Shown in pieces: positions 37,079-46,836 of a DNA stretch of 58,594 bases. The notes under the pieces were generated by a model. The model worked only from the letters and a program-made list of their open reading frames with translations. It did no database searches and was not told where the DNA came from. The stretch spans positions 1 through 58,594 of IMG/VR virus record IMGVR_UViG_3300023174_000190. One strand, given 5' to 3'. The position numbers and the translations under genes are program-made. How positions within the stretch are numbered: the first letter of the stretch is position 1; each line of letters opens with the position of its first letter. The stretch comes from a virus (taxonomy: Duplodnaviria > Caudoviricetes).

Positions 37079-37134
37079 CCCTGACACTATTACGCATCTA
37101 TTTATGTATGCGTATAATTCATATTGGAATGATA

Positions 37135-37722
37135 TTAGGTTGTTGCTGACACCGCTGGTGCATCAGCATCAATATTTGCTGCAGTATCACCAAATAAAAC
37201 GTGATTATACATGAATGTTACGCTAAACTCTTGAATTGCATCAGTTGTGTCATATGATAAATCAATTGCAGAAACATCTGTGGGAAATGCATCAATTAAT
37301 TTATATCTACGACTTGCAAGACCATTAATCTTTAAGTGTGCAATGTCAATAGAAACTTTATAGTCAATATTTTGTGTAGTACGAATATCTGCAGTAGCGT
37401 CTGGATTATTGATATACTTTAACCATCTATCAAATGCTTTACGCATTAATTGTTTGTTATCGTTAACAATTGTAATTGTCCAGTCGCCATAAGTTCTATC
37501 TCCAGGAAGTTTAATTCTTCTTCCTCTATATGGAACTTCAATAACTCCAACAGATAATGCTGGAATTGCTGCAGATTTACATAATACAGTAAAATTACTT
37601 GCAATAGCATTTCCAGTATCTGCAACGCCAGTAGGCAATCTCAAATCTACTGAAAATAGATTTGGTTTTGCTCCAGCACTAAGTGCAGCTCTAAAATTTG
37701 AGATATTAAAAAATCCGGCCAT
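37135..37722 (-). CDS. gp19: Tail tube protein, copy 1
   Basis: GAKPNLF, LCKSAAIP, YRGRRIKLPGDRTYGDWTITI.ND and FPTDVSAIDLSYD...IQEFSVTF motifs. Confidence 0.93.
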   Translation of the reverse strand: MAGFFNISNFRAALSAGAKPNLFSVDLRLPTGVADTGNAIASNFTVLCKSAAIPALSVGVIEVPYRGRRIKLPGDRTYGDWTITIVNDNKQLMRKAFDRWLKYINNPDATADIRTTQNIDYKVSIDIAHLKINGLASRRYKLIDAFPTDVSAIDLSYDTTDAIQEFSVTFMYNHVLFGDTAANIDADAPAVSATT

Positions 37723-37748
37723 GATTATTCCTTATTTTGATATTTTTA

Positions 37749-38294
37749 TTATAGTTCAGTATAAACAAAATAATCGTATGACCAAGTACATGTAAATTCT
37801 TCAAGTGTATCTGTAGAGTCATATGATAAATCAATTGTCGAAATATCACTTGGCCATGCATTTCTTAGTTCACATTTATATACTGCAGTTCCACTTAAAT
37901 CGTATTGAGTTACTGTGATAGTTCCAAAGTCAGCATCAGTAGCACCAGTTCTTTTTGCATAAGCATTTACGTCACCAAGGTTAGTTGGTGCATATAGTCT
38001 TTGCAAATCTTCTAGCGACTTTCTGATTTTCTGATTCTGATCGGACATGATTGTAGTTGTCCAATCAGAGAATGTTCTATCTCCAGCAATTTTGTAGCGG
38101 CGACCAGCAATGAATGGAATTTCAATTGATCCCAGGGTTGATCCTGGAAGCTGCGCCGCTTTACACAAATATTGGAACTTTTCTATCAAACCATTGTCAT
38201 TTAAATCTGGGATTGCTAAAGTAACTGTAAATAGATTTGATCTAGCTCCAGTAGCAATCGCTGATTTTAATCTTTCTAAACTGGTGAATGCCAT
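37749..38294 (-). CDS. gp19: Tail tube protein, copy 2 (paralogue)
   Basis: GARSNLF, LCKAAQLPGS, GRRYKIAGDRTFSDWTTT and WPSDISTIDLSYD...LEEFTCTW.Y motifs. Confidence 0.92.
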   Translation of the reverse strand: MAFTSLERLKSAIATGARSNLFTVTLAIPDLNDNGLIEKFQYLCKAAQLPGSTLGSIEIPFIAGRRYKIAGDRTFSDWTTTIMSDQNQKIRKSLEDLQRLYAPTNLGDVNAYAKRTGATDADFGTITVTQYDLSGTAVYKCELRNAWPSDISTIDLSYDSTDTLEEFTCTWSYDYFVYTEL

Positions 38295-38324
38295 TTTATT
38301 CTCCGTTGTGTTTATATGCTATAT

Positions 38325-40229
38325 TTATCCGCCAGTTACTTCGGTAAACGACACAGATCCTGCAACGGAGACAAAATTAAGCTGAACAAAGTTAACAGAG
38401 CGAATTGGTTGAACGTAGATATCACAAACAAATTCATTGTTATTTACAACTGAATCTGGATTGTTTCTTTCGTCGCAAACTACGCTAAATGCCGTAATAC
38501 CTCTTCTAGCTTGTACGCTTCTTAGATATGGAACAATCAAGTTGACGAATCCACTTCTTGTTGTAGCATCGTTTTGATCAAACAATACTGCATTAGCTGC
38601 ATCAGAAATTGTTCTCTGTAATTCAATGAACAATTTACGGACGTTGATTCTATTTGTTGAAACGGGCTTTGTTGTGAAAGTCTTGTCGCCGAATAGAACT
38701 GTACCACGACCAACTTGTGTAAATACTGGATTTACTGCAGTCTTGTAAAGAGTGTCACGCTCATCTTGATTTGGATTGAATGCTAGTTTGACGATGTTTT
38801 GAACACCACCATTTGCATATCCAGCAGGCGATAACCATGGATCTCTTGTTGAATCATTTCTAGCAATGATACCAGCAGTGTCGCCATTCAATGGAACATA
38901 AACATATGTGTCATTGTATTTGTCGTACTGATACTTCCATCCACTATCTGCAACAACATATGTAGAACGTGTGATTGTATCTGCCCATGTTGCAATTGCA
39001 CTTGCTTCTGAACCAGCATTGTTAACAACGTTTGCTCTTAGTGGAGAGATACACGCAACAACGTCTTTTCTTAATTCAGCGACGTCAGAGATGATTCTAT
39101 TAACAACTGTTGCATTTGATTGACCAGCAATGATAATTGTCGCTGGAACTTCTTGCTTGTTTGCAAGTTTTCCATAAGAAGTAATGCGATCACCGTCTTG
39201 AATTGTGTTGCTATCAGCACCACCAGCTAAAGAATATGTCTTTGGCTTAGATACTGCTGTGTATGTTACTGCAGCACCAGATGTGATGAATGCGTTACCC
39301 CAGTTTGTTCCAGCATTGTCATGCGCTGCCCACCAAACATAATTTGAGCGATCATTGATAACTGTCTTATAATAGTTTGTACCACCATTGTCCGATCTAG
39401 CATTTGAACCTTTTGATAAGTATCCAAACTTTTCTAGAACGTATCCAGCTGTACCAGTAATGTCTCCTTCTTCGTCAACAATTGCAACGTGTAGTTCATC
39501 ATTAGAAGCGCCTTGTGCAGCAGCCGATGTTGATGTTCCTGGAGCTGAGTCAAACTCGCTAAAGTATTCCCATCTACGAGTTGCTGTTGCTGATGTTGCG
39601 CCAGTCAAGTGTGCTGTTGACAAGCTGAAAGCATTTGCATTGATTGTGTTGGAAACTCTAATTGTGCGTCCATTTAGAGTAACATAGTCGCCAATTGTTA
39701 GTTCTGTGTTAGCTGCAGAACCAGAACCGATAACTAATGTTCCACCAGCAGCAACTGTAAATGTTCCAGTTAGTGAAGAAGACCATGCATTTGCGCTTGG
39801 ACAAATAGAAACTTTAATTGAATTTCCTAATGAACCAGCATACTTTGCTAGCCATGGTCCAACGTTAAATGATGCTGTGTTCAAATAAACGTCTTTATTT
39901 TTAATTAGAAGTCCAGTACCAGATGTACCAGATCCTGTTGTTGCTTCCGCAGTAGCATTTAGAGGTGTGTTTGCTGTTCTAACAACGAATAGTTGATTAG
40001 AATATCCTAGAAAGTTAGCTGCTGAAAGAAAATCAACAATGTTAGTAGCATTTGGCTTTCCAAATTGAGCGACTAGATCAGTTTCAGAAGTTACTAGTGT
40101 TGGATATTCAATTGGTCCCCAACGGAACTGACCAGCAAATCCGCCAGCAGTAGAAGCAGTTACGGTTTGCGAAGTCACCAAATCTTGTTCAGTAACTTTG
40201 ATTCCTGGTGAAATTAAACTAATAGCCAT
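38325..40229 (-). CDS. gp18: Tail sheath protein
   Basis: SPGIKVTEQD, FRWGP, DSGWKYQYDKYND, PWLSPAG, GDKT and RINVRKLF motifs. Confidence 0.97.
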   Translation of the reverse strand: MAISLISPGIKVTEQDLVTSQTVTASTAGGFAGQFRWGPIEYPTLVTSETDLVAQFGKPNATNIVDFLSAANFLGYSNQLFVVRTANTPLNATAEATTGSGTSGTGLLIKNKDVYLNTASFNVGPWLAKYAGSLGNSIKVSICPSANAWSSSLTGTFTVAAGGTLVIGSGSAANTELTIGDYVTLNGRTIRVSNTINANAFSLSTAHLTGATSATATRRWEYFSEFDSAPGTSTSAAAQGASNDELHVAIVDEEGDITGTAGYVLEKFGYLSKGSNARSDNGGTNYYKTVINDRSNYVWWAAHDNAGTNWGNAFITSGAAVTYTAVSKPKTYSLAGGADSNTIQDGDRITSYGKLANKQEVPATIIIAGQSNATVVNRIISDVAELRKDVVACISPLRANVVNNAGSEASAIATWADTITRSTYVVADSGWKYQYDKYNDTYVYVPLNGDTAGIIARNDSTRDPWLSPAGYANGGVQNIVKLAFNPNQDERDTLYKTAVNPVFTQVGRGTVLFGDKTFTTKPVSTNRINVRKLFIELQRTISDAANAVLFDQNDATTRSGFVNLIVPYLRSVQARRGITAFSVVCDERNNPDSVVNNNEFVCDIYVQPIRSVNFVQLNFVSVAGSVSFTEVTGG

Positions 40230-40280
40230 TGAATTCTCCTTGTTATAATAATTTTATTATTTTTTGAGTTTACTTCAATT

Positions 40281-40288
40281 TATTTATA
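40281..40288 (-). promoter_or_regulatory. Late promoter TATAAATA (gp18)
   Basis: Exact motif overlapping the gp17 stop codon. Confidence 0.8.
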
Positions 40289-41918
40289 AAAAATCGCTTT
40301 TGTGTGTGCTTACGGTGTCCCAAACTTGCCCACCAGAATCAACAAATTGTGTTTCGTCTTTTCCGGTATTTATAAAGCCAAAAGGTGTGATTTCATCTTC
40401 AATCATCTTAATGCGAGCATCGTATAATTCTTTTCTGATGTTTATGTTTGTTAGTTCTTTGAAGTATGAGTTTGTTGTGAGCCATGAAAATAGCACTAGA
40501 GGCATTACTAAATCGTCGTGATATCCTTCATCAGCAGCAAAACTATCACGCTTTTGAATGAATGTTGAGATTTCTGAGATTGTGTCTGCGTCATGAATTA
40601 GAAGTTTCTTTTCTTCAAGCATTGATTTAAAGTTTGAGCATCCAATGCGTTTTACTTTTTTATCTGTGATAACACCAAGTTGTGTTTTTCCGTTACCAAA
40701 GCCACCATTAACGACTTGTCCTTGAGTTGTTCTGGAAACTGATATGATGTTTTCGTATTCGTATTCGCTATAAAGAATTTCTGCGACTTGTTCTGATGTG
40801 TTGATTTCAATTAGAACGTATGCTTCGTTGTATTCTTTTCCAACTTTGTTTATAATTGACGGATATAATAGTGGACTAATCTCATTGTTTCTATACTTAC
40901 CAACCATTACATAAGGCATTTTTGTAATGTCTAGAATAACGAATGCTGAGTAGTCTGCACCAACACCTTTTGCTGTATCTGCAACAATAACATAAGAATG
41001 ATCTTTTTCTACTTTTTCGTATATATCTAAACCATCCTTTGAATGAATGATTTGATTAGCTGACATTTGACCAATTGTACCAGAAGATATCAGAGTCATG
41101 CTTGAACCTAAGAAGTTGCATAGAACTTCTTGATTAAATTTAATTTCTCCTAATAGTTTTCTTTGTGTCTCTGCCCATGCATCATCTCGACCAGGAATCT
41201 CCCAATACGGAATGAATAGATTAACAAATCCATTTCTATTATTTTCAGCATCATTCCAGAATTTCCAGAAATGATTGTAACCTAGAGGAGTAGATGACAA
41301 TAGAATCTTTGTAGTTTCACCAGCAGAAATTGTAGGATAGACTGAAGTGAAAAATTGTTCTGCAATGTTGTTTGGTATGATTGCTGCTTCATCAACATAA
41401 AGTAAGTTTACTGACTTACCACGAATACCAGATGCACTTGTTGCTGCAGTAAATACGATTGATCCGTTCTCTAATGCAATGTCGCCCTTGTTCCAAGTAG
41501 TGACACCTTGCTGCAACCACTTAGGAAGATTTTCATACATGATTTGATAACGATATAAAACTTCTCTTGCTGCACTTGCTTTGTTTGCAAGAATCGCTAC
41601 AGTCTTGCTTGATTGAAATAATGTATACCAAAGAATGTATGCAGCAGATGTTGTTGTCTTGCCTTGCTGACGTCCTTCCATGAGAATAACTTTTCTATTC
41701 TCATGAATAATCTTTACTTTTTTCTTTTGACACTCATATAGTTTGAATGATTGAAGACCATGATCAAGTGTGACAATTTTACAATATGTTTCTATAAAAT
41801 ATACTGGATCATTGATACATTTCAAATACTCTTCAACTTCTTCTCTACTAAAGTTAATCTTTACATTAGATGCTTTTAGTAGAGCATTCCCTAGATACGA
41901 CTTTGGTGCATCATTCAT
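40284..41918 (-). CDS. gp17: Terminase large subunit
   Basis: YLGN, RQQGKTT, ILANK, YVDEAA, SSTPLG.NHF, ADTAKG...DYS and HDDLVM motifs. Confidence 0.98.
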   Translation of the reverse strand: MNDAPKSYLGNALLKASNVKINFSREEVEEYLKCINDPVYFIETYCKIVTLDHGLQSFKLYECQKKKVKIIHENRKVILMEGRQQGKTTTSAAYILWYTLFQSSKTVAILANKASAAREVLYRYQIMYENLPKWLQQGVTTWNKGDIALENGSIVFTAATSASGIRGKSVNLLYVDEAAIIPNNIAEQFFTSVYPTISAGETTKILLSSTPLGYNHFWKFWNDAENNRNGFVNLFIPYWEIPGRDDAWAETQRKLLGEIKFNQEVLCNFLGSSMTLISSGTIGQMSANQIIHSKDGLDIYEKVEKDHSYVIVADTAKGVGADYSAFVILDITKMPYVMVGKYRNNEISPLLYPSIINKVGKEYNEAYVLIEINTSEQVAEILYSEYEYENIISVSRTTQGQVVNGGFGNGKTQLGVITDKKVKRIGCSNFKSMLEEKKLLIHDADTISEISTFIQKRDSFAADEGYHDDLVMPLVLFSWLTTNSYFKELTNINIRKELYDARIKMIEDEITPFGFINTGKDETQFVDSGGQVWDTVSTHKSDFL

Positions 41919-42328
41919 TTAGAGTTAATTAATTTTTGTAATTCTGCTGTGCTACCAACAAATAACGAATTGTTTGTTACATTCTGTGGTTGTTGCTGTT
42001 GCACATCTTTGCCTTTAGCTTCTCTCACTTTCTTGCTCAATTCAATCAAATCTTTGTTTGTGTCAGAAAGAGTTTTAATCAATTGACCGATGACTTCATA
42101 TGCTCTTGGCGACTCACCTTCTTTAGCAAGAAAGATAATGTTTTCCATTGCAACTTTACCATTCTCAATTAGACCACGAAGATTGTCTCTTGCGTATTCA
42201 TAATCAGAATCGACAGTATGGTTTTCTTCATCTTTGACTGGTACTACATCAATGATTGCATCTTGTGCAACTGCTGTTGATGGAATTTCAAAAATGCTAT
42301 TCAATTTTTCATCTATAGTTTTTTTCAT
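41915..42328 (-). CDS. gp16: Terminase small subunit
   Basis: DYEYARDNL, PRAYEV and NNSLFVGSTAELQK motifs. Confidence 0.95.
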   Translation of the reverse strand: MKKTIDEKLNSIFEIPSTAVAQDAIIDVVPVKDEENHTVDSDYEYARDNLRGLIENGKVAMENIIFLAKEGESPRAYEVIGQLIKTLSDTNKDLIELSKKVREAKGKDVQQQQPQNVTNNSLFVGSTAELQKLINSK

Positions 42329-43056
42329 ATGCCAGTAGTAGTTTCAGTAATAGTAAAAGATTCATCTCCACTAAATGTTTGAGTGGTTACAATTGCATTT
42401 TCAATCAAAAATCCAGTATTAATTTCAGCATTAGCAATGTATTTGAATTTGTTGAGTGGTCCGAATAGATAACCCTTGACTGTGAAATTTAAATCCCATG
42501 TTTGTACTCTACGAGATTCGAAATCACCTTCATAAGAGTCTTCTGAATTTACACTTGTCAATTCAATTGGAACGTCCATTGTTATACCAAGTTCTGGAAG
42601 AACTTTCATTGTCACAGTAAAATCTGGTGTAAAGAATGGAATAATTTGCTCTACGATTTGATGACCATCTTCGGTATTCTTTACGAAAATGTTTAGCGTA
42701 AAATCCATATCATAAGGAACTGGAGTGTATGTATAATCAAAGTCAGTACCACCAGTATTGATACCTTTTACAATTCTATGTGCGCTATTTAATTTTCTTT
42801 GTCCAGCATAAGATAAATTTGTGAATTCAAATCCAAGTCTTGGAAGTGTGATTGAAATTTCTCTATTCAAAGTTGGATCAGTTAGAACTCTTGTGATAAA
42901 CTTTTGTTTTGGACCATACTCAATTGGAACATTAATGCTTTGTATCTTTGCTCCATTAGCATCATCCCGTTCAACTTGAATTTCATTGAATAGATTACCG
43001 AACATTAAAATGTATCGTCTTAATGTGCCGTGATAAAAATCGTGTCCGAACATCAT
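42325..43056 (-). CDS. gp15: Tail sheath stabiliser/completion protein
   Basis: FYH..LRRYI..FG.LFN, VPIEYGPKQKF, LPRLGFE and QIVEQIIPFF.P motifs. Confidence 0.95.
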   Translation of the reverse strand: MMFGHDFYHGTLRRYILMFGNLFNEIQVERDDANGAKIQSINVPIEYGPKQKFITRVLTDPTLNREISITLPRLGFEFTNLSYAGQRKLNSAHRIVKGINTGGTDFDYTYTPVPYDMDFTLNIFVKNTEDGHQIVEQIIPFFTPDFTVTMKVLPELGITMDVPIELTSVNSEDSYEGDFESRRVQTWDLNFTVKGYLFGPLNKFKYIANAEINTGFLIENAIVTTQTFSGDESFTITETTTGI

Positions 43057-43058
43057 GA

Positions 43059-43871
43059 TTAGAAAGTCCTTGAATCTGCGAAAGTGTTTTTCTCTGAGAA
43101 ATCTAATATATCATCTGTAATGATTTTCTGTCCAATGAATACGTTATCTGCAGAAACTTCAGAAGCGAGAACAACGTTAGATTCGTCGATAACGTAATCT
43201 CCGTCTTCTAACAATAGCAATGTATCATCTTCAAGTAGAGATTTTTCTATGTTTGTTGTAGATAGACTATACTGATCTTCAATTGCATCAATTGCAGGAA
43301 CATCAGTATCGATTCTTTCACTAGAGTATTCAAATCTATCACATCTCATTTCAAATGTGTAAAGATCGCCTAATTGAAAGAAGTTTTCAATGTTTTCTGT
43401 GAACTTGATTTCGTACATGTAGCCAAGCAAAGGAACCCAAATTAAATCGCCTTCTCGAGGTCTTAGAATTCCCGAGTAATCGTATCCTTGCTCTGCAAGA
43501 AAATAATCACCATCTTCTAAGAGAACATTATATCCATATTCATTCATCATTAAAGGCTTCAATGATTCAATGAATCTTTTTTGTGCAACTACGAAAGTGA
43601 TTGACTCATCGATTTGCAAACCAAATTTAGAAATGAAATCTTCTTGTCCCATAAAGCCATCATAGCTTTTGATATACATTTCCATTTCGAGTGCGTCATC
43701 ATAAATGATAGACCCATCTTCATTGTAAAGTTTATCTAAATTTACATGTGTTCTTGGAATGTAATATGCATCGACACCATAAATCTTTATTGACTCTACA
43801 ACTAATGATCTAATTAGTGACTGCTCCGATTTAATTGGAGAGTATTGATTAAAGAATCTATTGCGAGCCAT
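43059..43871 (-). CDS. gp14: Neck protein
   Basis: EQSLIRSLVVESIKIYG, YYIPR, SKFGL, RPREGDLI and FFQLG motifs. Confidence 0.94.
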   Translation of the reverse strand: MARNRFFNQYSPIKSEQSLIRSLVVESIKIYGVDAYYIPRTHVNLDKLYNEDGSIIYDDALEMEMYIKSYDGFMGQEDFISKFGLQIDESITFVVAQKRFIESLKPLMMNEYGYNVLLEDGDYFLAEQGYDYSGILRPREGDLIWVPLLGYMYEIKFTENIENFFQLGDLYTFEMRCDRFEYSSERIDTDVPAIDAIEDQYSLSTTNIEKSLLEDDTLLLLEDGDYVIDESNVVLASEVSADNVFIGQKIITDDILDFSEKNTFADSRTF

Positions 43872-44620
43872 TATCCAACCATGTCTAGAACTGGTAGCGA
43901 ATAAGAAGAAATCATTTCTGTTTCTAATTGATTTAATTCGTCTAGTGCTTCATCCCAAATCTTTTGCCCATTGAATGTGATGCCGCCAGGCATTGAAATG
44001 CCTTCGAACTTTTTAAGGTTCTCACCCCATTGCTTTTTGATTTGAGCTGTGCAATATCGCTGAAGCCAACGATCATTATACATGTCTGTATATGTGTCTG
44101 GATCAATTCTCTTATAGCCTTCAATGATAATGTATTCACCAGTTTTGACTTTAGTATCCCAGGACATATCAATATAAAGTTTATTAATATGACGATTGAA
44201 TCTAAGGGACTGTTTACCAACGAATAGTTCTTCAGCAAGTGCAACGTTTTGAAACGCCATGTAGTAAGGCGCAAACGGACCTGTGTTGAATGAATACAAA
44301 TCATTCAAAGAGATTTGATATCTTAGATTGAAAAGATTGTTTGTAGAATAACTATCGCCAACGTCAAGTATGCTTGTAACTCCAATGATTTCATCTGGAA
44401 TTTGAATATACTTGTTTATTTTGTCTTGGTCTGTGACTTGATGCGCTAGATAGATTTTCTCTGTTGCATCGTAATGATAATCATAATAATATGAAAACGC
44501 AATTTCAATACAATCTTCTATTTGCTCATCTGCGACGTTAATTTCTAATAGAGGTGCGCCCAATCGTCTAAGACAGAATTGCTTGAATTCTTCTCTTGAT
44601 GCTGGTTTGCTGGTACTCAT
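43871..44620 (-). CDS. gp13: Neck protein
   Basis: YCLRRLG-like FCLRRLGAP..EINV and KKQWGENLKKF.G..MPGG motifs. Confidence 0.95.
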   Translation of the reverse strand: MSTSKPASREEFKQFCLRRLGAPLLEINVADEQIEDCIEIAFSYYYDYHYDATEKIYLAHQVTDQDKINKYIQIPDEIIGVTSILDVGDSYSTNNLFNLRYQISLNDLYSFNTGPFAPYYMAFQNVALAEELFVGKQSLRFNRHINKLYIDMSWDTKVKTGEYIIIEGYKRIDPDTYTDMYNDRWLQRYCTAQIKKQWGENLKKFEGISMPGGITFNGQKIWDEALDELNQLETEMISSYSLPVLDMVG

Positions 44621-44645
44621 TTCTTCCCCTTATAAATTTCATGTT

Positions 44646-44876
44646 CTATTTATAAAATTCGGAGACTATGAATGCTACGCTATCTTTCCAAATGAGATTA
44701 CCAAAACAAGCAATGTTCCATTTAGTTTCTCCATGTTCTTCTGTACGCTCGGTGAAAGTTTCTCCACCAAGAATACGAACGTCAGATGCTAAATGTTCGA
44801 CACCATTTTCAAACACTCTCCATACTAAATTTGATCCGTTATTTTTTGTATTAAATCTGATATGATATTTGTTCAC
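44646..44876 (-). CDS. Small hypothetical protein
   Basis: KYHIRFN...VWRVFENG.E.L...KWNIAC; overlaps the upstream gene's stop. Confidence 0.65.
   Translation of the reverse strand: MNKYHIRFNTKNNGSNLVWRVFENGVEHLASDVRILGGETFTERTEEHGETKWNIACFGNLIWKDSVAFIVSEFYK
44647..44654 (-). promoter_or_regulatory. Late promoter TATAAATA (gp13 operon)
   Basis: Exact motif 26 nt upstream of the gp13 start. Confidence 0.8.
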
Positions 44877-45730
44877 GCAATTCCCAATTCTTTTCGAATC
44901 TTAGTTGCTGAGATTGAATGGATTGATTCATCAAATGTTTCTTGTTCAATTTTATATCCAACGTCGCGTCCATATGTGATGTTCACAATGTTTGGAACGA
45001 CTTGAATTTCGTATTGACCTTGAAAGATTGGATCTAAATCACGCTTGATGAAATTCTTTACTTGTTCAATTGCAAATGGATTGCTTCCTTGCCAGCCTTG
45101 ACAATCGCGAATTTGAATTACGACTTGACCAGTCTTTGCAATCGCACGTTCGAATAATGCTCTATGACCAGCATGCCACGGTTGCCATCTTCCGAGCATT
45201 TGAACTGTTTCTTTTTGCCAATCAAATGTTGGTCTACGTTTCTTTTCTAGAATGTGAGATCCAACGAAGTCCACCCACTTGTCAGCATTCTTTTCATTGA
45301 TACGAAAATCATAAACTTCTGGATCAATGAATGCTTTGTTTGTGTCTTCGTAGCGACCAGAATCAATCGTGTCCATCCAGATTGTCCAGTCAGCTTTAAA
45401 GTTATTTCGCATTTCTGGTAATGGTGCAACAAAATCGCAAATGACATAATCGCCAGATGCTCTAATTGCAAATTCAAACATGCGAAGTGACTGACGAATG
45501 CGACCTTCTTTTGAAAAGTCCCAATCGTTATATCGTTTTCGGATTTCGTCTGCGTTGAACCAATCGACTTCAGCGCTCCAGTATTGAGGAGCAACTTCAT
45601 ACTTCATCATTGTAGAATCTGGCATGTTTGAAATATTAGAATTGTTTTCTAAGTATTTCTTGAGTCTCTCTGCGAAGTATGTCTTACCAGATCCGGGAAG
45701 TCCCATGATCAAAATTCTTTGTGCTGCCAT
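44873..45730 (-). CDS. Adenylylsulfate-kinase-like domain fused to an HxGH nucleotidyltransferase domain
   Basis: N-terminal GLPGSGKT, NADEIR, DFSKEGRIRQ and DFVAP (CysC-like); C-terminal LGRWQPWHAGH...ISATKIR. Confidence 0.8.
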   Translation of the reverse strand: MAAQRILIMGLPGSGKTYFAERLKKYLENNSNISNMPDSTMMKYEVAPQYWSAEVDWFNADEIRKRYNDWDFSKEGRIRQSLRMFEFAIRASGDYVICDFVAPLPEMRNNFKADWTIWMDTIDSGRYEDTNKAFIDPEVYDFRINEKNADKWVDFVGSHILEKKRRPTFDWQKETVQMLGRWQPWHAGHRALFERAIAKTGQVVIQIRDCQGWQGSNPFAIEQVKNFIKRDLDPIFQGQYEIQVVPNIVNITYGRDVGYKIEQETFDESIHSISATKIRKELGIA

Positions 45731-45761
45731 AATATAACTCCATCATGATATAAAAAATTAT

Positions 45762-46835
45762 TTATGTTTGAACGCTACAGAAATTTGAAAGATATACATC
45801 ATCAAACCCAGTTGGAGATGAAGCTGCTTCAGCTGAACCACCAACATCCCAAGTAGCAAAAGGAAATCTTGTAAGAGACCATGGAGCATATCCTGCAGGA
45901 GAACTTCTCGTAGTGTATCCGTGAGTTTGACTCTCATTTGTTGATGCTGGTATGTCACCAATTGGTGGTGCATTATTCAGCGATCCGACAGCAATAGAAG
46001 TTGAAAGATTTGTGAAAGGAAATCTTTCAGCAAGCTGAACAGGTGAATATCCTGGAGTTGGTGTGTTTGAAGTATAAGATGCACCACCAAAAATAAATGC
46101 GTGAGTTTGACCAGAAACTCCCTTTCCAGCATATCTATAATAAATCATATCAGAAACTTGAGTTGTTGGATTATTATTTGCAAATGGAAATCTCGTCGCG
46201 GTTTTACCTCCAGAGTATTGACCAGAACTATATCCATGCGTCATTGAATTTACTTCTGAAGAAATAGACGAAGGACCCACCTTTAAGTCATTAGACTGAA
46301 TAACTGAACCAAAATCTGTTGCATATAACCATTTATAATAACTCGCTCCGGACGGTGTTGGTGAAGGTGCCGAATAGTAAGTTGCTTCTGCAGATTGATG
46401 ATGTTTTGGAGTGGATCCTGCAGCTGGAAGATTGCCACACAAAGATGCAGTTACAGAACTTGAACTTGATTCTGCAAATGGAAACTTTTTAATATTTGAT
46501 GAAAACAATGGATTGGCGGGCGGACCGCCATCACCAAATGAATATCCATGAGTTTCAGAAGAAGATCCTCCACTTCCTCTTGAGTATGCTGGATTGCCTG
46601 GACCTGACCCATAAACATATCCAACATCAACTTGATTTGAACCATTGGAAAAAATAAATCTCTTTATTCTATTAGAGACATATCCACCATAGGTATATCC
46701 AGCAACTCTACCTTGTTTGCCAGATTTATAGAATCTATCAGCTTCAACTTGACCATCGAAAACAATTCCGCTACCTGTTTCAGATAATGTGAAAGATCCA
46801 ATTTCAATGCGATCTGGATAAAGTTTGATTGTCAT
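45762..46835 (-). CDS. Kelch-like beta-propeller protein (paralogue 1)
   Basis: Repeated S.THGY..GG...(K/R)FPFA units about 50 aa apart. Confidence 0.7.
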   Translation of the reverse strand: MTIKLYPDRIEIGSFTLSETGSGIVFDGQVEADRFYKSGKQGRVAGYTYGGYVSNRIKRFIFSNGSNQVDVGYVYGSGPGNPAYSRGSGGSSSETHGYSFGDGGPPANPLFSSNIKKFPFAESSSSSVTASLCGNLPAAGSTPKHHQSAEATYYSAPSPTPSGASYYKWLYATDFGSVIQSNDLKVGPSSISSEVNSMTHGYSSGQYSGGKTATRFPFANNNPTTQVSDMIYYRYAGKGVSGQTHAFIFGGASYTSNTPTPGYSPVQLAERFPFTNLSTSIAVGSLNNAPPIGDIPASTNESQTHGYTTRSSPAGYAPWSLTRFPFATWDVGGSAEAASSPTGFDDVYLSNFCSVQT

Positions 46836-46836
46836 T

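Noticed and set aside
855-41918. Introns or inteins in gp43, gp46, uvsW, gp23, gp20 or gp17
   Set aside because: All are continuous ORFs of normal length with no visible intein or homing-endonuclease insertions.
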